Source: Pristiophorus japonicus (taxonomy: Eukaryota). Taken from it: a DNA stretch of 64,000 nucleotides. This document shows, piece by piece, positions 38,641 to 49,755 of this stretch; position 1 is the stretch's first letter, and each line of letters opens with the position of its first letter. The position numbers and the translations under genes are program-made. The notes below the pieces were generated by a model. That model searched no databases. It was not told where the DNA came from and was given only the letters and a program-made list of their open reading frames with translations. The stretch is from NCBI RefSeq assembly GCF_044704955.1, contig NC_091978.1:319796001-319860000 (forward strand), given 5' to 3'.

Positions 38641-39014
38641 TGATCCATTCCCAGTACTCGGCGTCCTGGCTCTCCTCCATCCACCGCTGCCGCAGAATCG
38701 CCTCCTTCCGATCGCTGTCATAGTGAACAATCTGCGCATCGTTCACATAACCGACCACCACAAACTCCGGCCGTCCGGGATCGAGGTCACTGAGGTAAAG
38801 AAATACCGGAGAGAATGGGAGCCTGCAGTGATCCCTTCACACAGAAGGGCCAACACTATCAGTCCGATCACTGTTGCTTACCTCGACAGACTGGCAGAAG
38901 CAGTTAGTGCACAGTCCTTTTCCAAGCGAACATCTCTTCTCGGTCTGTGAGCTGTGCCTTGTATGGACCGTGTGACTCTTGAGGTCTGCGCTCGGGGTAT
39001 TTTTGTTGTGCCAC

Positions 39015-39110
39015 TACTGATTCGGTGTCGGTGTCTCTCAGTCCATGAGCAGGGCCCTGTGCTGATTCGGTGTCTCTCGGTCCACGAGCAGGGCTGTGTG
39101 CTGATTCTCT
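39015..39110. repeat. ~37-bp tandem repeat (about 2.5 copies) in the 5' leader of the MHC retrocopy
   Basis: CTGATTCGGTGTCTCTC(A/G)GTCCA(T/C)GAGCAGGGC repeated. Confidence 0.7.
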
Positions 39111-39126
39111 GCCCTGTACCCTGCGT

Positions 39127-39167
39127 TCTGGATTACTAGACAAGTAACATAATCACTATGCTACCGT
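39127..39167 (-). mobile_element. 5' end of the tRNA SINE interrupted at 32934
   Basis: TCTGGATTACT duplicated; minus strand reads ACGGTAGCATAGTGATTATGTTAC (A-box-like head). Confidence 0.75.
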
Positions 39168-39291
39168 TATCCTTAGTTACCTGAGGGCATATAATTAAAC
39201 CAAAGGTCGAAATGCACAGAATTTTCTGGAGAATGTCGAATGAAGAAGAAGCTACATTAGCCACCTGATGGGATTCTTTATTCACTTTCTC

Positions 39292-39383
39292 CACACACTA
39301 CAATCTCACACACTACAATCTCACACACTACAATCTCACACACTACAATCTTACACTCTACAATGTTACACTCTACAATCTCA
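39292..39383. repeat. 15-bp minisatellite (CACACACTACAATCT)n, about 6 copies
   Basis: Seen directly. Confidence 0.9.
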
Positions 39384-40419
39384 TCCATCCATCCCCATAG
39401 GTCCTTCAGGGGTATAGTTTTTTGATGGGGATTAGTGGTAACTTTCAGTTTGGCTTCAAAGCAAAATAAACTGGCACAATGCAAAGGTTCTGAGGCTTTA
39501 GAACGTTTGGAGAAGGAGATTACCTGTGGCAACATTTTCTGGTAAATGCTTAATACATGGATAGCCCCAAACCAATCAAGCTAAGCTTGGTGGGGGCATT
39601 TCTGTTGAAGAATGATGACCCTACCTGATAAGTAAACTATGGGACTGAAATTCGGCAAAATCGACTGGCAGCCGCGTTCCGGTCGATTGGCATTTTTGAC
39701 GTTTTTTCGGCGGTGTGGACTTCTGCTGGAAGCCGCCAACTGCCGCTGCGGTATGGGGCTTGCGGCTGTACTGACGTCATCAGGGTGCGCGCCGCTGCTA
39801 CGTGGCCACACCACAAATTCAGCTTTAAAAATGGAGCTTTTTGTTGGACAGTGCCCCCGCCAGCTTTTTGGGTCGGTACACTTTGCTGTGCTACTCGACA
39901 CCGCTGGAGGAGGAGAAGGGAGGATTACCGTGATCGGGTTTTCTGGGTCACAGTTTTTTCTGTTGCTTTGTGTGCATTTGGTTAGCCTGCAGAGTCGCGT
40001 TCATCACTTTTGGGAGAGTTTTGAAGACTTTTAGCTCTCACTGATTAGTGGAGGCCTGTAGGCCTCATTGTGTGCTCCACAGAGGCCTGCTTGTCAGGGT
40101 CCAGCCTTCACACACATTGGGCTCAGTGTTGACAGGGGAACACCTTGTCCACCTTGTCAGACACAGGGCGGCACGCAGGAGAAGGCGGCACTGTCAGCAA
40201 CGTGTAGAGTCGCAGCGGGCAAGGGCGGCAGCAGCCATGGCTGCCCAACATCCAGAAGGGCCTGCAAATGGGCGCAGACCTCCAGGAGGAAGATGGCATG
40301 AGGAAGGAGGGTCAGGTACGCTGACCTCCCCGCACTACATACTGCAGAGGCTCCCGAACATAAGGAGGAACAGGGAGAAGACAATCAGCCAGCTGTCATG
40401 GGAGGTGGCCAGCACAGAC

Positions 40420-41590
40420 CTGGGAGAAGGAGGCTCTACCGACGACAGTTCTCCTTCATGGAGCTCAGTGATGAGCAATGCTTGCGAAGGTTCAGATTTA
40501 GAAAGGACGTACTGAGGGAGTTCCGCAATGTCCTGCGCCAAGATCTGGAGCCTCACAAGACTCAGGACCGCTCTGACCGTTGAGACCAAGGTCACCATAG
40601 CTCTGAACTTTTATGCTACAGGGTCTTTCTAGCCTGTGACTACAGACATATCCAACATCTCAATTCTCTGCCCATTGTTCCATTTGGCAGTTCACCGATG
40701 CTCTATATAGGACAAGAGTGGATTTATCTCCTTCCCGATGACCATGGAGAAGCAGGTAGAGCGGCAGACCGGATTTGTCCGGATTGCAGGGTGCAGGGTG
40801 CCATCGACTGCACACACGTTGGCCTGAGGGTGCCACAACACCATCCTGAGATCTTTATCAACCGGAAGGGATTCCATTCCCTTAATGTATGTGACCACCA
40901 GCGTAGGATCCTGGCAGTTGATGCCAGGTATCCAGGCAGCAGCCGCGATTCCTTCATCCTGCGCCAGACCAGTGTTTCTGCCCTCTTCACCGGCCCAAAT
41001 CAGGATTGTGGATGGCTGCTTGGGGACAAGGGATATCCCCTGTCCTGGGGTTCCACAGTGGACTGCTGACTCCACTGTGGAACCCCAGGAAAGCGGCCAG
41101 GCATGCCTACAACGACGCTCATTAAAAAATTAAAAATATGCAGGATACATTGCAACATAATATTCTTAAACATTTAAAACTTTCAGTGCTGATCAAGCCA
41201 AACCATTTGATATTATGGAATTTTCTTCGAGAGCACCTTGCACATCAGAACAAACTTACACCACAAGACTAGTTACATAAATGAAACAAACCCCCACCAG
41301 GTGTATCATTGAGCACCGCATTGAGATCCTCAAACAGAGGTTCCGTTGTCTGGACCGGTCTGGTGGTGCCTGAACAGGTCTCCATATTCGTGATAGTCTG
41401 CTGCATGCTGTACAACCTGGCCCTCATGAGGGGCCAGCCACTGGAGGTCAAGCCAGCAGTTCCACCTGATAAGAAGGTGCAGGAGGAGGAGGAGGATCCC
41501 TGTCGCCACCCAGTCAGGAGGGGGCGTCGCCATCGTAACCCTGCAAGGGAGGTGCAGACACATCTCATTGCTGCTCGATTCACATAATCT
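40420..41590 (+). pseudogene. Harbinger DDE transposase (HARBI1-like), frameshifted
   Basis: LSDEQCLRRFRF, GAIDCTHV, FINRKGFHSLNV, YPGS.RDSFIL, LLGDKGYPL, YNDAH, LKQRFRCLD, CCMLYNLAL. Confidence 0.9.
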
Positions 41591-42099
41591 CATCCCCACA
41601 TGACCCTTCAGCTCCTATTTTCCATGGCCATCCCAATGAGTGCCTTCACACAGAATTGCCCATTCTCAAATGAAACACCTGCCCAGATATATGTGCAAAA
41701 AATAAAGATTTATGTCAAGATGCAAGTCAGTGCAAAAAGACAACTGAACAAAAAACAGAACCAGAAACTAACACAAAAACATCATTTTTTAGCCTTGTGA
41801 TTCTCCTTATAACACCTATTACGCATGCCTATCCTACGACTACGTGTGTCTCCTGTGTGGCTGCCTCATGGGCCTGGGAAGGCTGCTGTGGTTCTTGTGT
41901 TGGATCAACAGATGTCCTTCTCAGATACCCTCGACCACCTTAGATCCTGGAAGGGCCGGGTGCAGACTGGTCAGCATCCTCCTAGGAGGATTCAGTGTGG
42001 CTTGGCTTGGGCGAAGCCATGCATGGAGGCACTGGCGGAGTGGTAGGTCTGGGGCCAGGAATGTTGTGATCCTGAGAGAGCACATCATCAGGATGCTGG

Positions 42100-44127
42100 T
42101 CCAAGGAGCCTGAGGCACTCACCGGGGGCGGCACATTACCACCACCACCAATCTGAGGGAGGTCAGGTTGGTGCTGTGGCGCAACACCGGAAGGTCCCCC
42201 ATGGCCCGTGTTGGACCCAGTCGCGAACGCAACACTGAGGTGTCAGGTGGCATCGAGCTGAGACTACATGAGAGCAGCCAGAGTCGCAAAGCCACCAGAC
42301 ATGGCAGCAGTTTGATGCTCCATGGCCTGTTGCCCAGAGTGCATAAGAGCATTCTGAGCTTCCATCCTCTCCAATCTAACGTCGATGCACTCGTTCCCTC
42401 ATGCCTGTGCTGAAATGGCAGTTGCCACGTCATCTGCATGTTGCGGCCTCACCGATGGATCTGCACGGTCACTCTGGGAGTCCACCATCGCCTGCACACT
42501 GGCAACGATGGGCTCCATGGTGCGCGCAGAGCTGTTGACTATGCGGGAGGCAGACTCCTCCACACTCCTCACCACTTCCGACAGCCTGTCTGGCACCCTT
42601 GTCAGTGCCCCTAATGTCTGGGAATGCATGGGCTCCACCCTTCTTTCGTAAGCCGCAATATTGATGGCATCATCTGAGTCCTCCTCGGTAGAACTCCGGT
42701 GCGGACTTCCCCGCCGGAGAGATGGCACCTGAGGTTGCCTGGCCCTGTCACCATGCTGCAGCCCGCTAGGCCCCTGTGCAACACCCAGTGCAGACCCCTG
42801 TACTAAGTCACTATATCAGACCGCGCGCTCCCAGTATCTGAGCTGGCGCGTGTGGGTGGAAGCAGTGAAGCGTTGGTGCCATTAGTGTCCTCCTCTTCCT
42901 CTTCCTCATCAGTCGCATCCCCAAACGATATAGTGCTTTCGGCACTGTCACCAGGGCTTGACCCCTCAATGTCATCACTGCTGCGACTTGAGATGTCTGC
43001 TGTGATGTGGAGAAGGGTCTCATGCAGGCCTCCAGCTGGTCTGCGAGGTCTCTCCTCACTCCCCACTGTGCTGGGTGTGCTGCCACTCGGTCTCTCATCT
43101 GCAAGCATGAATGGGAGAAGGGCTGCCATGCGGGAGAGGTGGAGCATTGTAAATAGCAGATTGCAAATAGCAGACTTCCAGAAGGAAAGGCACAGCTGGC
43201 ACATTCAGGTAGAGAGCGCATTAAAGGACAGCCTCACTTACCCATGGTGCCTACATCGGGATCGCCAGTACCACAGGCTAAGGGGGGGCGTCTCATCTGC
43301 AAGCATAAATGGGAGAAGGGCTGCCGTGAGGGGAAGTGGGGAATTATTGCATGGAGGCTGCAACTAGCAGACTTCCAGAAGGAAGGGCACAGTAGGCGCT
43401 GGCGCATTCAAGGAGAAAGCGCATTAAAGGAGGGCCTTCACTTATCCACATCACTGTCAGCAGTAAGTACCCTGGCCCACGGGGAAGGTACCATGTCCGT
43501 CCACGAGCGCTTCAACCCTCTCCTCCAAGGGTGTGAGGACCTGGATGCCTGCCTTACCACCACCAATCCTCCTTTGCTCCATTCTATTGTGAGCCAGTTT
43601 GGCCTGCAAAACAAAGAATGGTTGTTGAGTACCACTGTGATGACACATCAGAAATGAGTGCACAAGTGTATGTCCCTGACATGCAGCTGTAGGTGTGAGA
43701 TGAAAGGGAGCCTCCATTGCGAGAACACGCACACACATATATATCTATATTATATAATATAATATATATAGAGGCGTCAACAATGAAATGCTGCTTCAGT
43801 GACTAAACAGTGAGGATGGGAAATAAGAGAATGTTGAAGGAGGGGCTCGTAGATGCAAGGTCAGCAGTTGGTGGAACAGGTATTCACTTTCATAACACGG
43901 ATGATATCATTCAAGCGTTTTCTGCACTGCGCCAGAGTCCTGTTATGAATGGAGGTGCCTGAAACCTCCCCTGCAATCTCATTCCATGCATTGCTTAAGA
44001 CCTCACGAGTTGGTCTCCCCACGTCGGGATAAATCAGTCTCCTCCTGCCCTCGACACCCTGCATGAGGGTCTCCAGCTCTGCGTCAGTAAAGCAGCTTGC
44101 CCTCCTTGGTCCACGAGCACCAGCCAT
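42100..44127 (-). pseudogene. Harbinger Myb/SANT-like DNA-binding partner gene (NAIF1-like), spliced; 3' end approximate
   Basis: Exon 1 44127-43888 (RASCFTDAELETL..AWNEIAGEV..RTLAQCRKRLNDI) with GT donor; exon 2 from 43603 (AKLAHNRMEQRRIGGG..LTPLEE) after a CAG acceptor; acidic low-complexity downstream exon. Confidence 0.8.
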
Positions 44128-44534
44128 CCTGCAACTCAATTCCTTCCCTCCTCAGGGCCCAGCTGCAAACCTTGGCCTTTAAGAAGGCCAGGGAGCAGCT
44201 GGCTTGTTATCTCCACATTAGCACAATGCTGAATTTCTCTGTGGTAATCCCGCTTAAATCAAGACACCCACACTGCTGTAAACTAGCGATTACAGCCGCT
44301 CCTTAGCGCAGGATGGCATTTTTTTTCTTGCTGAATTTGGATCAGGTGCCCGCCGCAAAAATTTCAGCGGTGATGGCTCGAAAAAGTCAGGAGGTGCGCC
44401 AGCTTCCTGACGGACCTGAATTTTGGCCCCCCCTATGTTCACCACCTAAAATTTGTTTATGCATGCCAAAAGTAGCATCAAATAAGCTCCCTTAATGTCT
44501 CAGCAACTTTATTCAATAGATATCTGAGCCACAC

Positions 44535-44840
44535 TGATGAGGAAGAACCCTCAGTCTGTGCTCCTAGCTGATCTCCATCGGGGTGCTGGTAGGGTGCTAC
44601 AAGTTGAGTCTTTCCATCAGAGAGGGGATAAAGCAGCCAGGTTGCCTACTGCTGATCACTATCCAGTGACCCCTGCTGGAAACTCTGTGTATGGAAGGCA
44701 AGTAAGAATAGGATCAGACTGTGACAGCCCCTGCAGCCAAATGGTCTGTCAACAGGCTCCTAACTTGGCCTCACCCACTTGGCAAGGTACTGGAGGATTC
44801 TGGCACCCATGGGGTAAGGAGAAAAGGGGAGAGAATTGAT
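44535..44840 (+). repeat. Old SINE-like dispersed repeat
   Basis: TAGCTGATCTC..CTATCCAGTGACCCCTGCTGGAAA..GGATCAGAC, shared with the other copies. Confidence 0.5.
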
Positions 44841-45361
44841 GAGAAACAAAAAAAGCTAAGCACTTTTGCAAAACATTGTGCTATTGAATCTGTGTAGGAT
44901 GCACCAGAAGTGCACCAGAATTATGCAAAATTATTAAAGAATTTGTGTTCTTGTAAGTTACATAGCAACAAATGAAAATTTACATATAATGAACTGAATA
45001 ACACCCCTAGTTTGACAAATGTGATGGTCATCACTCGATAAAGGAACATTTGTATTTGCACATCTTGGTTATATTCTCTAACTCTAAACATATAATCAAT
45101 ATTGAATTTGCATATATGGACGGCAGGTCAGTTGGCATCTGAAAGAAAAGTTCATATTTTGGATAGGATCCTTCATTATGGACAGTGTTGATGTAGGATC
45201 CTATCCTAAACATCAGATGTTTATTGATCCAGTGTGATATGTGCCCTTCCAATGTATCAGTTCGATCATAATCATAAATCTTGAACTGAAAGCTGATCAT
45301 TTTTGCAAATTCACCATTGTGGCAGAGATTCTGTTTTCCATTTACCTACTTTGCACACTAT

Positions 45362-45809
45362 GGGCCCAAGTTTCCCCAGGAGTTGCTCCTTTTTTTTGGA
45401 GCAACTTGATTTTTCCGGACTATCTTTTTAGTTGCAATTCTAGCCATTTAATTTGCAGCAATGTAAGTGAGTTAGTTAGGTTATTTTTTAGTTCAGTTTT
45501 TTTTTCAAAAGGGGGCGTTCCCAGCCACTTACCCCTGTTTTAAGCGTTTGGCCAGCAAATAGTTGCTCCAAACTAACTTAGGCCAGCGTATGTTGCCACT
45601 TCTGTCCGCATAGAAAAACTTTACCTAGAGTTTTCAGCGCTGGGAACTGGCTCCGCCCCCAATCCATTGGGCCACACTACGCCACCACCGAGGAGAGGCT
45701 GGGGAGTGGCCAGAATACCGACGTCTTTTTTCAGCGCGTTTGGAGGCGGACAAAAACGGCGCACCTCGAGTGACGGTGCCAGAAAAACAGCTCAGGGAAA
45801 CTCTAGCCC
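45362..45809. mobile_element. Harbinger-type MITE
   Basis: TIRs GGGCCCAAGTTTCCC / GGGAAACTCTAGCCC; related to 53060-53615 in the opposite orientation. Confidence 0.7.
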
Positions 45810-46464
45810 ATGAGAGTATACTGAAGGATAAAAGATGATAGAATGTGTGTGTTGGATTCAGATATTTTCAGCACCTCATTGAATGCAATTTAAAATTCAC
45901 ACATCTGCTCTCCTCAGGCATTCATTTTTACTTTATTGTAACTTATTGTTCTGATTGCGTGTGTCATCTTGCATTTTTTTACAGTGCCTGATGCATCTGT
46001 CAAACTAAAATAACAAATGTCACTTTTTAATGCCTATAAGACATGGTGCATGAAGAAAAGCACCAAGTGATAGTACACCTGCCAACCCTCCAGGATATTA
46101 CTGGTCTCTCAAAATTATTTTTCCTCTTCATCCCAACAATTGTCCAGAATTGAATAACATACTGAAGCAAAATCAAATCTGAAAGGAAAAGGCTTCTTCC
46201 TGTTGAACTTAGCATAAGATCTGAAAAGAAATGGTTTATTCATGAATGCTTGTTTATGTGTTGGGGCTATTTTCACTATTCCAGTGCTAATGTCTAACTT
46301 TCTCCATGACTGCTTTATATTGAAGTCTTTGCTTTTGACAGAGTCACAGGTTGTTGTCCTTGTTCCTCTGTTTCTTATCAATTCCCTTCCCCTTTCCAAT
46401 CTGCTAATTTGGTTTTAGTCCTGTACAGTAATTCTTCTGATGCCTTAGCAAATTTATCCTGAGT

Positions 46465-46765
46465 AAATGAATCATATAAACCAGGAAGTCCCAGGTTTGA
46501 TCTCTATCCTGTGTTGACTGATCTCAGCCATGGTGAAGTCAGGGTGTGACAGTTGGCCTCATCACCTCCTTAAGAGCAAGGACGAGAAAATTATCCGGGG
46601 TTTCCTCTCCTGATTGTTCCCCAGTGATCCCTGCGAGAAGTGCACATGTCGACACAGATCTGAATAGGACTATGCTTGACCCAGATGGCCCCTGTCGCAA
46701 AACTGTATCCCAGCAGGATATCGATGCTTTCAGGGGCTGGAGGAGCAAATTGCAAAAAGAGAATA
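46465..46765 (+). repeat. Old SINE-like dispersed repeat
   Basis: CAGGAAGTCCCAGGTTTGATC (B-box-like), CTGATCTCAGCC, CCAGTGATCCCTGC. Confidence 0.5.
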
Positions 46766-47679
46766 TTTAGAGGCATTACATGATTGAATAATGTTATGTT
46801 TTACTGTACAGATCCATTTCAAAATTCTGTACCAAAAGGGTGAGCTGTTTGTAAAGTGTCTTCTGGAATTCATGGAGGTGCAACATGTTCCGATGAAGAG
46901 TAATAACGGAATTGTTCTTTGAGAACAAAGAATTTGTAGAAAGCAGTGGAGCTATAATCTCTGTGCTGATAGAAGCAGGCATTTAGGAGATGAAGATGAA
47001 AATATTGGTGTTATCTCGTTAAAGAATTTCTAAATTCTTGCATTAGTTGTTTCTGGTCAGGCATAGTCATGACATAAATCTTTGAAGTGAAAATCTTGAT
47101 CCGAGATATTATAGAGATAGTGTTGCAGAACTTAGCTGTTGGATGACATAAGTCCACTTCCGAAATAGAGAGGTCTTCTGGTATGCACAAGTTCACGAGT
47201 TATGATGCAATTCTTCATTGGCGTTATATGATATAATCATTCACCAAATGTGCTTTTTACTCAAATATTTTAAATCAGTGAAACAGATGTAGATCCATGA
47301 AGTGATTTGCTATTGGGCTGCATCGTGATAACATCACCTTGCAATGTAGTTACTGTGAGCTAATATTCTCCCAAAATTGGGAAAAAGGTTGATGAGCTTC
47401 TTAATCACAGCACATTAATGGGGAAAAAAAATCACTGCTTGACAATCTTAGTCCCATTTAGGTGATCTGTAAAAGAAGGACCAGGTCCAAACTGCAGGGT
47501 GTGAAAAAAAAAGAGCAATTTTAATGTAAGAATGTGACAGATTAACTTAGGAGAGACATTTTTTAAAGTATTGTGATTAGGCTTTTTGCTTTTTTTTAAA
47601 CATTGAGTTCTGTGTCTGAGTGGATGGATTGATGCACTAACTTCCACAAATATCCATCACTTGGTATTAAGTAATATGG

Positions 47680-48095
47680 CCCATGGAAGGTCACAGGTTT
47701 AATCCCTACCTAGTTTGTGCTGTTTGATCTCAGACAGGGTAATAGTAAGGGTGTTCCTACTGACCTTAATGAGCTCACTTAACTTCTGGTGGTGAAGTCA
47801 ATGGAAGAGAAAATTGGGCAAGGTATATAACCACCGATCTACCACCGCCCGTATTCCACCACCACCAAAAGTTAAAATCAGCCTTTAAGCTTCTTTGAAC
47901 CTGAGGGGGGGGAAAAATCAGATCAGATTCCCAATCTTAATTGCTGTCAAGTGATTCCTCTAGAACGTGCACATGTATGAATCTTAGGGCAGCATCAGCC
48001 TTGGCTGAGAGCCAGCCAACACTCATCATCTAGCCTTACACTTAAAGAACTTCCACTTGGGCACTGTTGTCAGTGGCCATGAAACTGTATCCCAT
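47680..48095 (+). repeat. Old SINE-like dispersed repeat (with internal insert)
   Basis: GGAAGGTCACAGGTTTAATCCC, TGATCTCAG, as in the other copies. Confidence 0.4.
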
Positions 48096-49755
48096 CATAG
48101 AAACATAGAATTCTACAGCGCAGAAGGAGGCCATTTCATCCCTTCGTGTCTGCGCCGGCCGACAAAGAGCCACTCGGCCCTCGATCAGCAGCCCTGAAGG
48201 TTACATATAAACCTATGAATAATGAACAATGGCGGAAAGGTAAAGAGCATCCGGCCCAACCAGTCCACCCCATGCAACTGCGACACCCCAGCACCGTAAC
48301 ATTCTGCACTCCATCCCAACTGGAGCCTTGTGATCTCCTGGGAGAGGCAAAAAACCCAGGCCAATTGGGGGAAAAAAATCTGGGAAAATTCATCTCCGAC
48401 CCATCCAGGCGATCGAAACTAGTCCAGGAGATCACCCTGGCCATATTCGATTCCCTGCAGTACTTACCATTATATCTGCGCCAGCCAACAAAAGGTTATC
48501 CAGTCTAATCCCACTTATCAGCTCTAGGTCCGTAACCCTACAGGTTACGGCACTTCAAGTGCCCATCCAAGCACCTTTTAAAAGTGGTAAGGGTTTCTGC
48601 ATCCACCACCCTTCCAGGCAGTGAGTTGCAGACCCCCACAATCCTCTGTATGAAGAAGCCTCCCCTCAAATCCCCTCTGAACCTTCCACCAACCACCTTA
48701 AAACTATGCCCCTCATAATTGACCCCTCCACAAGGAAAATAGGCCCTTGCTATCCTCTATATCCAGGCCCCTCACAATTTTATACACCTCAACGAGGTCT
48801 CCTCTCAGCCTCCTCTGTTCCAATGCGAACAACCGCAACCTATCCAATCTGTTCTCATAGCTAAGATTCTCCATTCCAGGCAGCATCCTAGTAAATCTCC
48901 TCTGCACCCTCTCGAGTGCAATCACATCCTTCCTATAATACTGCGACCAGAACTGCACGCAGTACTCCAGCTGTGGCCTAACCAGAGTATTATACAATTT
49001 AAGCATAACCTCCCTGCTCTTGTAGTCTATGCTGTGGCCAATGAAGGCAAGTATTCCGTATGCCTTCTTAACCACCTTATCCACCTGACCTACTTTCAGG
49101 AATCTATGGACAAGCACTCCAAGGTCCCTTTGTTCATCAGCATTTTTAAGTGGCCTACCGTTTAGTGTGTATACCCTTTCCTTGTCGCTGCTATTTAAAG
49201 TAAAACCTTTTCCCAAGTGCATCACCTCACACTTCTCCAAATTAAATTCCATTTGCCACTGTTCTGCCCACCTGACCAGTAGATTGATATCCTCCTGCGG
49301 CCCATGACTTTCCTCTTCATTATCAACCACACAGCCAACTTTAGTGTTATCTGCAAACTTCTTAATCATTACTGCCTATATTCAAATCTAGATCATTGAT
49401 GTATACCACAAAAAGCAAGGGACCCAGTACTGAGCCCTGCGGAACCCCACTGGAAACATCCTTCCAATCACAAAAACATCCATCAACCATTACCCTTTGC
49501 TTCCTCTTAAGACAATTTTGGATCCAACTTGCCACTTTGCCCTGGATCCCATGGGCTTTAACCTTCGGGACCTTATCAAAAGCTTTTCTAAAGTCCATAT
49601 ATAATACGTCGTACGCACTACCCTCATCGACCCTCCTGGTTACCGCCTCAAAAAATTCAATCAGGTTAGTCAAACACGATCTTCCCTTAACAAATCCATG
49701 CTGACTGTCCCTAATTAATCATTACCTTTCTAAATATAGATTTATCCTGTCTTTC
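48096..49755 (-). mobile_element. CR1 LINE, 5'-truncated, subfamily with a long structured 3' UTR
   Basis: RT ORFs 48713-49673 (GVPQGSVLGP, FADN); tail CATAGAAACATAGAA. Confidence 0.9.

Larger units (their letters stand above)
33757..38871 (-). pseudogene. Intronless MHC class I heavy-chain pseudogene (segments 38871-38641 and 34544-33757, split by a Gypsy element)
   Basis: Leader (V)IGLIVLALLCEGITA joined directly to GSHSLRYFFT; alpha1 PEFVVVGYVND..DAEYWE; NQT glycosylation site; alpha2 HTYQTMYGCEL..WDGNDFISLD..CIEWLKKYL; alpha3 LSCVVTGFYP; TM IIVGVVLGPALLIILAIVAVV; tail GYNPAKTSD; frameshifts and a premature stop. Confidence 0.95.
39641..44433. mobile_element. PIF/Harbinger DNA transposon, two convergent genes, degenerate
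   Basis: Ends GGGACTGAAATTC / GAATTTTGGCCCC, flanked by TAT (39638-39640, 44434-44436); transposase on +, Myb/SANT gene on -. Confidence 0.85.

Noticed and set aside
39015-39110. CTGATTCG repeats as MHC promoter Y boxes
   Set aside because: Mismatch to CTGATTGG, wrong orientation relative to the gene, and located inside the retroposed (transcribed) segment
39292-39383. CRISPR-like array or Cys-rich coding repeat (CEIVV)n
   Set aside because: Head-to-tail 15-bp minisatellite with no spacers, in eukaryotic DNA
46794-47196. Short minus-strand ORFs faintly reminiscent of a decayed hAT transposase or host exon
   Set aside because: No diagnostic motif or splice structure that I can support
48395-48435. 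Hammerhead ribozyme (CGAAAC present)
   Set aside because: No CTGANGA core at a suitable position on either strand
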